A DNA stretch of 60,020 nucleotides from a virus. Lineage: Duplodnaviria; Caudoviricetes. Made by a program: the position numbers and the translations under genes. Positions within the stretch are counted from its first letter, which is position 1; each line of letters opens with the position of its first letter. Shown in pieces: positions 1 through 8,214 of this stretch. Location of the stretch: IMG/VR virus record IMGVR_UViG_3300033513_000005, positions 1-60,020 of that record; one strand, 5' to 3'. The notes under the pieces are model-generated. The model worked only from the letters and a program-made list of their open reading frames with translations. It was not told where the DNA came from and did not search any database.

Positions 1-247
1 CAGATTCGTCAATCTTTGGCAGGCACCAACTACGACCTGTTCGGTTTTGCTGAGGCTGTCGCGCAATTCACACGCGCCAAGCTGGCGCAGCAGAATGCTG
101 CTGAGGTGGCGGAGCCTGCAGAGAATGAGACAATGATGCACAGGCTAATGAAGAAAGAAGGGGCGGCGTGGATGCCTGCGTCAGAGTGGGTTGTCGGTGA
201 GCCTGATCCATCTTGGGTAGAGCTCGTGCGGAGCAATCCGGAAGCAT
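1..247. repeat. Terminal direct repeat (copy 1), assembly overlap of a circular or permuted genome
   Basis: 1-247 matches 59774-60020 except A120 vs G59893; the repeat lies inside a continuous ORF. Confidence 0.95.
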
Positions 248-591
248 GGCGCATCAGAAAGCCACTGGACGGCAAAGAAGTATCTGATGCTTTTAGGAAA
301 TCATTTGCATCAGTGCAGGTAGATAAGGCGAAGCCGGTGGCGTGGCGTTGTTCCTCTCCTCCCTGCAAATGCAGTGAGCAAAACTATCGACAGTGTGCAT
401 TTGCAAACTACACCCACCCGCCCACCGACACCGCGCTGCTGGAGGCGGCGGAGAAGTTGTCCGGCTTGCGCTCATTTTTGGCTGGCTGGAAATTATCTGA
501 GGGCTGCATCAGAAACGATATGGGGCCCACAGTTGAGCGGTGGATTCAAGGCATTGACGCCGCCATCAAGGCGCACAAGGGGGAATCATGA
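1..591 (+). CDS. Hypothetical early protein, 3' part (true start ATG 59732 across the join)
   Basis: Frame continues from 59732 (MTKPDTVLTLEDIDQIRQSLAGTNY...); KPVAW and YTHPP motifs typical of modular early phage genes. Confidence 0.75.
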   Translation, partial: QIRQSLAGTNYDLFGFAEAVAQFTRAKLAQQNAAEVAEPAENETMMHRLMKKEGAAWMPASEWVVGEPDPSWVELVRSNPEAWRIRKPLDGKEVSDAFRKSFASVQVDKAKPVAWRCSSPPCKCSEQNYRQCAFANYTHPPTDTALLEAAEKLSGLRSFLAGWKLSEGCIRNDMGPTVERWIQGIDAAIKAHKGES

Positions 592-839
592 GCATGAATG
601 ATGAAAGGTGCACGCCTGGGCCGTGGATCGCCATCGGAGGGATGGGAAGGTTTCGAAGAGACAAGTCTTTAATTCCACACAGAGACTGCATCGTCGAAGT
701 GCAATTCAGGGACGGAAACATCGCCAAGGGGCCGGTGGATATTTTTGAATGGCGATGCACGTTTGGTGATAGGGACGTTATGGCATATCGAATTATGAGT
801 TTCGGCCGCGCTGCCATTCAGGCGTACAAGAAAGGATGA
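588..839 (+). CDS. Hypothetical protein
   Basis: ATGA coupling with upstream gene, GGGGG RBS. Confidence 0.6.
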   Translation: MSMNDERCTPGPWIAIGGMGRFRRDKSLIPHRDCIVEVQFRDGNIAKGPVDIFEWRCTFGDRDVMAYRIMSFGRAAIQAYKKG

Positions 840-1072
840 ACATGCAGTCTAAACGATGGAGTATGATTGAAACTGTGGTCAACACTGCGTTCGGCTTCGT
901 GTTCAGCTTTGCAGTACAGTCCATTCTCGTGTGGATATACGATGTCAAGATGACGCATAGCCAGAACGTGCAGTTTGTGTTCTGGTTTACTGTTGCCTCA
1001 GTTATTCGGGGGTATTGGTTGCGCCGCTTCTTCAACTGGATTCATCATAAGCTGGGGATTGGCAAGATGTAA
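836..1072 (+). CDS. Small two-TM membrane protein
   Basis: Two hydrophobic segments, QSKRWSMIETVVNT and RGYWLRRFFN flanks, AAGGA upstream, ATGA coupling. Confidence 0.7.
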   Translation: MNMQSKRWSMIETVVNTAFGFVFSFAVQSILVWIYDVKMTHSQNVQFVFWFTVASVIRGYWLRRFFNWIHHKLGIGKM

Positions 1073-1098
1073 CAGTTTGTAAAGATGCATCAAACTGC

Positions 1099-1126
1099 TT
1101 GACGGGCAGAATAGTTCTGCTATAGT
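1099..1126 (+). promoter_or_regulatory. Sigma70-like promoter with a palindromic spacer
   Basis: TTGACG-16 nt-TATAGT with extended -10 TG; spacer contains GCAGAA-TAG-TTCTGC. Confidence 0.7.
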
Positions 1127-1156
1127 TGCATTCATACGCAACACACGGAGAACGAA

Positions 1157-1294
1157 ATGGAACACATCATAACTATCCGCCGCACGGGTACCCGCACCGC
1201 ATTCAAGGCAGGCGAGGTTGAGAAGGCGATCGCCTACATGGCCTCGCTGGCCCGTGAGTGCATCGAGTTCACCCACTCCCTTGAGCGTGCATGA
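1157..1294 (+). CDS. Small hypothetical protein (45 aa)
   Basis: GGAG RBS directly after the promoter; stop overlaps the next start. Confidence 0.6.
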   Translation: MEHIITIRRTGTRTAFKAGEVEKAIAYMASLARECIEFTHSLERA

Positions 1295-2004
1295 TGAACA
1301 CCGTCGACAACAAGGTTCTCGAGCGCATCAAGAAGATGTTGGCCTTGGCCAACGACCCCGGGGCAACCGAGGGTGAGCGCGAGACCGCGCTTCGCATGGC
1401 TTACAACCTGCTGGCCAAGCATAACCTGTCCATGGGCGACATCCCGAAGGACGGGGTGCAGGAACCCCGCGAGCAGGATGAAGTCACAATCAGTGCTGAC
1501 AAGTGGGCGCGTCACGTTGCCTCCGCAGTTGGTAAGCTGTTCTTCTGCAAATACTTCTTCTACCGGACCGCCTCTGCTGGTCGTGACCGGCACTGCTTTG
1601 TTGGCCGTGCGTCGAACGTCGCAACCGCCACTTACATGGCCGAGTACCTGATCAAGGCCATCAAGCGGGAAGCGTCGAAGCGCTACACCTCACCCACCAG
1701 TCCCAACGGTCGTTCCTTCTGCGTGGGCACCACCGGGGTCATCTGGAAGCGCGTTGATGAGATGATGAAGTCCGGGACCGATGAAACCACAGCAGCTGAG
1801 TCCGGCGCCCTTGTGGTGATCCGTACCCAGGAGCAGCGAGCAAACGACGCCTGGCTTGAAGCCCAAGGCACAAGCCTTGTGTCGGCCAAGGAACGCGCAG
1901 ATAATGCGCTTCGTGCCAACGCATACCACGACGGTCGGGCGTATGGCAAGACCGTGTCGCTCAATACGCAGGTGGGCGGCGCTAACTACAAGAGGCTTGC
2001 ATGA
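1291..2004 (+). CDS. DUF2786-domain protein
   Basis: N-terminal KVLERIKKMLALAND..ATEGERETALRMAYNLLAKHNL matches the DUF2786 pattern; C-terminal AYHDGRAYG. Confidence 0.8.
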   Translation: MMNTVDNKVLERIKKMLALANDPGATEGERETALRMAYNLLAKHNLSMGDIPKDGVQEPREQDEVTISADKWARHVASAVGKLFFCKYFFYRTASAGRDRHCFVGRASNVATATYMAEYLIKAIKREASKRYTSPTSPNGRSFCVGTTGVIWKRVDEMMKSGTDETTAAESGALVVIRTQEQRANDAWLEAQGTSLVSAKERADNALRANAYHDGRAYGKTVSLNTQVGGANYKRLA

Positions 2005-2304
2005 TTAACCAAATGGTAGAAGAGGCGGAAGACCGCCTTCGTCGGTTCATCAACCTTTGGACCGAACTGGCACACATTGCCACACGGACCGATTTTCAAC
2101 TGGCGCGTGAGCGCCTTGGGGTGACGAAATGAAAGACGAGATTTACGGTCCGCTGACTTATCGGCACCCGCGCAGCACTCGTGAAGCGTTCAAGGACGCC
2201 GAGTATGCCAATGCGTTCGAGATGCCGACAAAACACCCCGGGGGCTGGTTGGTGTATACAGTAGTCGCAATTCTGGTGATCTTTCTTCTTATGGGGGCTG
2301 CAAA

Positions 2305-2688
2305 ATGAGCAAGGAAGAGAACTACATGGTTTGCGGCACAGTGACGCCAGGCACCTATGACGACATCTTGGGCCCTCTCCCCAGCTACATTCAGGCTGAC
2401 ATTCAGCTCCTGGACCGCATCGTGGGCAAGAACGGGGGTCATGAGGCACGCCTCGCCTTCAACCGACTAGTGGCCGAACTGCATGTGGTCAGTATCAGTC
2501 TCTCTCAAGAGCTCACATCCCGTGAGCTGTATCAATCCGAGCTCAGCCAGATTGACAAGCTGTTGAGCGCTATCGACATTCCGCACGCAGCTACGGTCGA
2601 TCGCGTGAGCACGCTGGTGGGCCGTGTGGTGCAGGCGCGGGACAGCATGTTGAGGACAGCGGCTGCGCTCGAAGGGCGGAAGGTGTAA
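2305..2688 (+). CDS. Hypothetical protein
   Basis: ORF with GGGGG RBS, co-oriented with neighbours. Confidence 0.6.
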   Translation: MSKEENYMVCGTVTPGTYDDILGPLPSYIQADIQLLDRIVGKNGGHEARLAFNRLVAELHVVSISLSQELTSRELYQSELSQIDKLLSAIDIPHAATVDRVSTLVGRVVQARDSMLRTAAALEGRKV

Positions 2689-2835
2689 AGTGTTAACCAT
2701 AGGTGACCGCATTGCGGCGCTCCAATGGTTGAGCTCGTTGAGCAACCGCGATCGGGCTGCTGTGCTGTTGAAGATTGGCACTGGCCACACTGACAAGGTG
2801 GCTGAGTATTGGGTTAAACATATCAAGGAGAAGCA

Positions 2836-3168
2836 ATGAGTAAAGCACTCAACAGACTCGCCAAATGGCGCACTGTGTTCGCGGGGTGGCAGCTTGGCAC
2901 CCGCATGAAGGGGGATCCCGAAAGCGATGCTGTGCGCGACCACCGGGAAGCCACAATCCTGATGCGAGCGGAGCTCAGTGCTCTGGTCATTCTGCTCGTT
3001 CGCAAGGGCGTGTTCACGGTCGATGAGTTTCGTGGGCAGCTCGACATCGAGGCTGAGCACCTGAACCAGATGTACCAGAAGCGGTTCCCCGGTTTCCAGG
3101 CCACCGACGACGGAATTGATGTCAACATTGCATTAGCCCGCGACACAATGCAGGGCTGGAAGCCCTAA
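2836..3168 (+). CDS. Hypothetical protein
   Basis: AAGGAG RBS, phage-like codon usage. Confidence 0.7.
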   Translation: MSKALNRLAKWRTVFAGWQLGTRMKGDPESDAVRDHREATILMRAELSALVILLVRKGVFTVDEFRGQLDIEAEHLNQMYQKRFPGFQATDDGIDVNIALARDTMQGWKP

Positions 3169-3174
3169 GGAACA

Positions 3175-3486
3175 ATGATGACTGAACAAGTGAAGTGCCC
3201 TTATTGTGGGCATGCATATGACGCTCACAGCGAACAGCACGCCTGCATCCAGCTGTACGGGGAATGCCAGGCGTGCTGCATTGCACATCAGCGCCAAGTG
3301 GATATTCTTCGGGTACGGGAACGTGCGCAGATGATTCGGCCCCCGGTCATCACCGATACCCTTCAAGAACGGGTGTTCACCGTTCGGATTCGGAGCAGCA
3401 AACCGATCATGGAGTTGGAGAGGCATATTGCCAATCGACTTTGGTCGATGGACAAGGTGACCGACGTCATTGCGATTGAACAATAG
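3175..3486 (+). CDS. Cys-rich (zinc-binding) hypothetical protein
   Basis: CPYC...CQAC motifs, AAGGA RBS. Confidence 0.55.
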   Translation: MMTEQVKCPYCGHAYDAHSEQHACIQLYGECQACCIAHQRQVDILRVRERAQMIRPPVITDTLQERVFTVRIRSSKPIMELERHIANRLWSMDKVTDVIAIEQ

Positions 3487-3538
3487 CGTCAAACAGCGCA
3501 AGCGCTACAATCCGAGCGTCATTAACAGAGGGGCAACA

Positions 3539-3772
3539 ATGGCAGACGATGCAGACCTGGCAAGCAAGACAATTGAAGACGATGAGACCGACAAACTGAA
3601 CCGGATACGGGCCGCGGCAGCAAAGATCCCGGCGGGTGCACCGGGGGAATGCGAGGAGTGTGACACCTATTTTGCGCGGATTGTGGACGGCAAGTGCGCA
3701 AGGTGCCGGGACGCTGCTGCGCGTAGGGCAGCAGCGCTGTATATGGGCCGCGTAGGCCACGATCACAGTTAG
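3539..3772 (+). CDS. DksA/TraR-type C4 zinc-finger protein
   Basis: MADDADLA N-terminus, CEEC...CARC. Confidence 0.75.
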   Translation: MADDADLASKTIEDDETDKLNRIRAAAAKIPAGAPGECEECDTYFARIVDGKCARCRDAAARRAAALYMGRVGHDHS

Positions 3773-3781
3773 GGGGCCTCA

Positions 3782-4111
3782 ATGCTATGCCCTGATAAAC
3801 AGTGCGGCGGTAAGCTGCGCACAATTGGCACCTATCAAACAGATTCGGTTACGTACCGGACTAAGCTGTGCTGTATCTGTAAATGGAAGTTCACAACGCG
3901 TGAGGCGTTGGCTGAAGACCAGACAATTCCTGAGCGCATACGGCACCCCAGAAAGTGGGCAGAAACACACAAGGAGCCCTATGATGGAGACCCTGATCGT
4001 CGTAAGACGAAGCACCGTATGTTCATCAATCCTAGCGTCGGCCACCATTGGTCTGATTCTGGGGATCTTGGCAGTGGCGTACCTGTGGCGGACCGCCCAT
4101 TGGCAGATTGA
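3782..4111 (+). CDS. Zinc-ribbon protein (NrdR-N/Ogr-like)
   Basis: CPDKQC...RTKLCCICKWKFTTRE pattern; 3' end overlaps the next gene. Confidence 0.55.
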   Translation: MLCPDKQCGGKLRTIGTYQTDSVTYRTKLCCICKWKFTTREALAEDQTIPERIRHPRKWAETHKEPYDGDPDRRKTKHRMFINPSVGHHWSDSGDLGSGVPVADRPLAD

Positions 4112-4271
4112 CGTACCGACGGAAGCGATGCGCCAGGCTCGTGCGATAGTCGAAGATGAGATGCGGGCCGCGTGCGCCAATTGGTTCACCGACAAGCGAG
4201 TTAAAGGCTTGCCACCTGGGCGGATCGTAGTGTGTAAGGCCCCTGAATTCTTGAGTAAACCTATACAATGA
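3981..4271 (+). CDS. Hypothetical membrane protein
   Basis: AAGGAG RBS before ATG 3981, one TM segment. Confidence 0.55.
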   Translation: MMETLIVVRRSTVCSSILASATIGLILGILAVAYLWRTAHWQIDVPTEAMRQARAIVEDEMRAACANWFTDKRVKGLPPGRIVVCKAPEFLSKPIQ

Positions 4272-4880
4272 AGATTCTGATAGTTCTGGTAGTGATGGCG
4301 GTGCTGACGGTTGCGGGCTTCACTCTAGCAGGCTACAGCGACACGGTGTGCGTCAAGAGCCACACCCAGATGTTTGTGGGGCGATTTGGGGTTGCTCGAG
4401 TGTGCGACGAGTGGGCTCCGAGAACCCCTACAAATCGATAGAGTATCGCTTGCGTCTGACTAATCGTGCTATACTTGCGTCACATTCAACTTAAAGGAGC
4501 AACCCAATGAAACGCTTCCAAGCTACCGTCGACGACCTGCCCCCTTTCGAGGTACTGGCAATCAGTTCCTTCGCTGCATGGGAACATCTGATTAGCGAAT
4601 TCCCTGAAGCCACCCGCATTGTGGTCAAACCCTTCGGGAAGCTGAGGGCGCTGTGACCGTCATCATCCTGCTCATTGGTATCGCCCTATTCTTGATTTGG
4701 CTTGCGAGCGAAATCTTGGTGGCCGTGTGTGCGGGTGTTAAACTGCTCTTTCGTTTTCTACGGGAACTCTGAAATGGGCTTCAAAGACATGATCGGCGGA
4801 CTCCTCATGTTGCTGGCGGTATTTGCCGCGCTATTGGCGAAGTTTACGTGGCTCGCGTTCATGTGGCTGTGGAAACTGGC

Positions 4881-5090
4881 ATGAGTAAGCGCTACGGTTG
4901 CCACAACCATCCGCCCCGGAAGGACACGCTGACCGCTCAGGTCGGCTGGACTCAGATTGAGCTTGGTGGGTGGATCACCAGAACCCCCATCTACAGGACA
5001 ATTCCGGACCCAATGAGCCGGGACTGCCGTTACGACCTTTCCTCAACCGACCCGCAATGTGCGGGGTGCAAACATGGGAGTTCAACATGA
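4881..5090 (+). CDS. Small Cys/His hypothetical protein
   Basis: YGCHNHPP...CRYD...DPQCAGC; ATGA coupling. Confidence 0.6.
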   Translation: MSKRYGCHNHPPRKDTLTAQVGWTQIELGGWITRTPIYRTIPDPMSRDCRYDLSSTDPQCAGCKHGSST

Positions 5091-5166
5091 AGAAACTTTT
5101 CACTTGGCGCTGCCCCTTTTGCGATCGCCCGCAGTGGAAATGTATCTGCAATAAATGCGGGAGATA

Positions 5167-5643
5167 ATGATGGCCATGTCTAAATGGGTCCCAACAACGA
5201 ATCTCATGATGCTTCGACGCATGGGGAAGCTTGCTGAAGAGCTGGGTGAGCTCTTGATTGTCGCGTCCCGCTGTATCATCCAGGGAATTGATGAAGTTGA
5301 CCCCGGGAGCGGTGAAATAAATCGAGACCGATTGACCAACGAGATTGCAGATGTCTTGGCTCAGATCGAATGCACGACAGAAGCCTTGGGGTTGGACCGT
5401 GAATACATCTCCGCTCGAAAAGCCCGGAAGGAAGGGTATATGCGGGAATGGGAAGCCATGTTTGGTCCAGCGGATGACGTTGCGCCGAAGAGTGAACTCG
5501 CTGCATTCTTCGCCACACAAGAACGTGACCAGGCTCGCGCCGCAGCCGTTGCGCTGCGCACCCATGTGGCCAACGCTATCGCTCAATACGAAGACGACGG
5601 CGACATCGACGAACTTATCAACAACCTGAAGGAGAGTGAATGA
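5167..5643 (+). CDS. MazG-like NTP pyrophosphohydrolase
   Basis: KLAEELGEL...NEIADVLA (EExxE...ExxD) motif. Confidence 0.7.
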   Translation: MMAMSKWVPTTNLMMLRRMGKLAEELGELLIVASRCIIQGIDEVDPGSGEINRDRLTNEIADVLAQIECTTEALGLDREYISARKARKEGYMREWEAMFGPADDVAPKSELAAFFATQERDQARAAAVALRTHVANAIAQYEDDGDIDELINNLKESE

Positions 5644-6101
5644 TCAATGTTCGGCAAAAAGGTGCTGAAGGTGAGCGCCAAGTCATCAAGGCTCTCGAGC
5701 CCATCGTGCGTCGGCTGTACGAGAAGCACGGGTTGACGCTTCCCGCAAAGGACATCATCCAGCGCAATCAGAACCAGACGGCGGTGGGCGGCAAGGATCT
5801 GGTCAACACCTTCAGCCTTGCAATTGAGGTCAAGAGGCAAGAGACCCTGTCTGTTCCCGCATGGTGGCGCCAGTGCGTTGCAGCTGCCAACCGCAACGGT
5901 GAAGTTCCGGTCCTGCTGTACCGGCAGAACAACAAGGCGTGGCGTTGCATGTTCTACATGGGCGCCCCGCTTCCTGCTTCCCGGGGGGCAGTGACCTCCA
6001 GCATGACCCTTCTGGCGGAGACCGATTGGGAAAGTTTTCTGACGTGGTTTGAGCATTGGGTGGACCGCAAGATTGCAGACGGAGAACTGCCGAACGTTTG
6101 A
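5640..6101 (+). CDS. PD-(D/E)xK nuclease, Holliday junction resolvase-like
   Basis: RQKGAEGER, GGKDL, AIEVKRQE, PVLLYRQN motifs. Confidence 0.8.
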   Translation: MINVRQKGAEGERQVIKALEPIVRRLYEKHGLTLPAKDIIQRNQNQTAVGGKDLVNTFSLAIEVKRQETLSVPAWWRQCVAAANRNGEVPVLLYRQNNKAWRCMFYMGAPLPASRGAVTSSMTLLAETDWESFLTWFEHWVDRKIADGELPNV

Positions 6102-6111
6102 CGTTCCCAAT

Positions 6112-6140
6112 TTGTCAGACTGTCGGGCCTCGCCTATACT
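6112..6140 (+). promoter_or_regulatory. Putative promoter for packaging genes
   Basis: TTGTCA-17 nt-TATACT upstream of a GGAG RBS. Confidence 0.5.
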
Positions 6141-6162
6141 CCGCACAAACACGGAGTAGAAA

Positions 6163-6642
6163 GTGGAAGCGACCCAATACGCACCTAGTTTGACTGAGCA
6201 CGAACGCGACCTTCGGGATCGCTTCGTGTCGTCATATCTTGAAGATTTCAACGAGGTGCGAGCCGCCATTCGAATCGGCTATGCCGAGTCATACGCAAGG
6301 GAGTTCGGTCCTCGGTTCATGCGTGAGCCATATGTGCTGAATAAATTGGCGGAAGAACAGAAGCGACTCGGCATCACGGATGACAAAGACCGGGAACGTA
6401 TTCAGATCATCGCCATGCTGAAGCGTGAAGCAATGCGCGACAATGCTCAGGGTGGCACCGGTAGCAGTCGCGTCAGCGCATTGGTGCAATTGAGCAAGAT
6501 CCTGGGCATCGAAGCTCCGGCAAAGGTCGAAGTCACCGAAAAGAACCCTCCAGCACTGGACCACTTGGATCCGGTCGAGTTGGAAGAGATGAAACGCAAG
6601 ATCTATGGCCCCGCCGTCCCTGCTTATGCGACTACCCACTGA
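6163..6642 (+). CDS. terS: Terminase small subunit
   Basis: FVSSYLEDFNEVRAAIRIGY HTH motif, immediately upstream of TerL. Confidence 0.8.
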   Translation: MEATQYAPSLTEHERDLRDRFVSSYLEDFNEVRAAIRIGYAESYAREFGPRFMREPYVLNKLAEEQKRLGITDDKDRERIQIIAMLKREAMRDNAQGGTGSSRVSALVQLSKILGIEAPAKVEVTEKNPPALDHLDPVELEEMKRKIYGPAVPAYATTH

Positions 6643-8044
6643 GGTTGAGCTTGACCGAGCTATCGCGAGGAAGTCGTTTGCAGGGTTTGTGAGAGGGGCT
6701 TGGCATATCCTCGAGCCTGCTGCGGAGCTCAAGTGGGGCTGGGCTCTTGACGCGATTTGCGCTCACCTTGAGGCAGTGTCGAGGGGTGAAATCAAACGCT
6801 TGCTCATGAATGTGCCCCCGGGGTGCATGAAGAGCTTACTCACCGGTGTGTTCTGGCCTGCATGGGAATGGGGGCCATTGGGGCGTCCGGAAACCCGCTA
6901 CCTTGGCACCGCACACAAGGACCCACTAGCCATTCGTGATAACCTGAAGTGCCGACGCCTTATTCAGTCCCAATGGTATCAGGAGCGATGGCCCATCAAA
7001 TTGACTGGTGACCAGAACGCCAAAAGCAAGTTCGAGAACGACAAGACAGGATTTCGGGAATCGATGGCATTCGGCTCCATGACGGGTTCGCGGGGTGACC
7101 GCGTGATCCTTGACGACCCATTGTCTGTAGACAGTGCGAACAGCGAGGCTGACCTTAAAGCGGCGGAACTCACATTCACCGAAGCACTACCCACACGGGT
7201 GAACAACGCAGACTCGGCTATTGTGGTCATCATGCAGCGCCTTCACGCGAAGGACACTAGCGGCATCATTCTTGAAAAGAAGCTGGGGTATGTTCACCTC
7301 ATGCTTCCGATGCGGTTTGAAGCGGAACGACGTTGCAGCACCGTGATCGGTTTCACTGACCCGCGGAAGACAGACGGTGATCTGCTGTTTCCTGAACGGT
7401 TTCCCGAGAGTGAGGTGGTGAGCCTTGAGCGGACTCTGGGTAGCTACGCTACAGCGGGTCAGCTACAGCAGCGCCCCGCGGCGCGTGAAGGTGCCATGTT
7501 CAAGCGTCGGTGGTTCAACATCGTTAAGGCTATTCCGCACGGCACGAAGTTCGTCCGGGGGTGGGACTTTGCAGGAACCCCTGGCGGAGGTGACTGGAGC
7601 GTGGGCGTCAAGATTGGTAGAACCCAAGAAGGCCGATTCATTGTAGTAGGTGTTGAGCGGGAACAAGTGTCAAGCGCAGGGCTTGAGCAACTGCTGAAAT
7701 CTACAGCTCAGCGGGATGGCGTCTTGTGCCCTATTGACTTCCCACAAGACCCGGGGCAAGCAGGTAAGGCCCAAGCTGAATATCTGACTAAGAAGTTAGC
7801 AGGGTTCGTTGTTAGTTCTAGTCCGGAAACTGGCGACAAGGAAACTCGTGCCTCCCCATTTGCTGCGCAGGCAGAGGCGGGGAATGTTGACATCCTCGAG
7901 GGTGATTGGAACGAAGCTTACCTGGACGAGGTTTGCACGTTCCCCTCGGGCAAGTTCAAGGACCAAGTTGACGCGTCAAGCCGCGCATTCAACAAACTGA
8001 CAAGTGCTACCGATTTGGGGGTGTGGGCACGACTCGGGAAGTGA
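6605..8044 (+). CDS. terL: Terminase large subunit
   Basis: Walker A-like NVPPGCMKS, Walker B ILDDP, MQRLH, nuclease RGWDFA and KDQVDA. Confidence 0.95.
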   Translation: MAPPSLLMRLPTEVELDRAIARKSFAGFVRGAWHILEPAAELKWGWALDAICAHLEAVSRGEIKRLLMNVPPGCMKSLLTGVFWPAWEWGPLGRPETRYLGTAHKDPLAIRDNLKCRRLIQSQWYQERWPIKLTGDQNAKSKFENDKTGFRESMAFGSMTGSRGDRVILDDPLSVDSANSEADLKAAELTFTEALPTRVNNADSAIVVIMQRLHAKDTSGIILEKKLGYVHLMLPMRFEAERRCSTVIGFTDPRKTDGDLLFPERFPESEVVSLERTLGSYATAGQLQQRPAAREGAMFKRRWFNIVKAIPHGTKFVRGWDFAGTPGGGDWSVGVKIGRTQEGRFIVVGVEREQVSSAGLEQLLKSTAQRDGVLCPIDFPQDPGQAGKAQAEYLTKKLAGFVVSSSPETGDKETRASPFAAQAEAGNVDILEGDWNEAYLDEVCTFPSGKFKDQVDASSRAFNKLTSATDLGVWARLGK

Positions 8045-8068
8045 CGTCAGAGTCCTTTCCCGTACAAT
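8041..8068 (+). promoter_or_regulatory. Putative promoter upstream of the structured leader and portal
   Basis: GTGACG-16 nt-TACAAT. Confidence 0.45.
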
Positions 8069-8074
8069 TGGCCC

Positions 8075-8209
8075 GCTCCATGTTGCGTGGAAAGACGCGG
8101 TCAACGCCTAGCAGTCCTCGGACAAGCAGAAAAGGCGCTGACTTCGCAAGCGGGTGAAAGTCTCGACAACCGGACGGGTGAAAGGCCCGTCGCCAAATTC
8201 AAACGGAGC
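8075..8209 (+). ncRNA. Candidate structured RNA or 5' leader between terL and portal
   Basis: Several nested stems, two GGGTGAAAG T-loop-like hairpins, outer GCTCC/GGAGC stem covering the portal RBS. Confidence 0.45.
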
Positions 8210-8214
8210 ACTGA

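Noticed and set aside
8151-8195. T-loop-like hairpin followed by CCA, suggesting a tRNA
   Set aside because: I could not build a 7-bp acceptor stem, anticodon arm or TTCG loop; kept only as an unknown structured RNA
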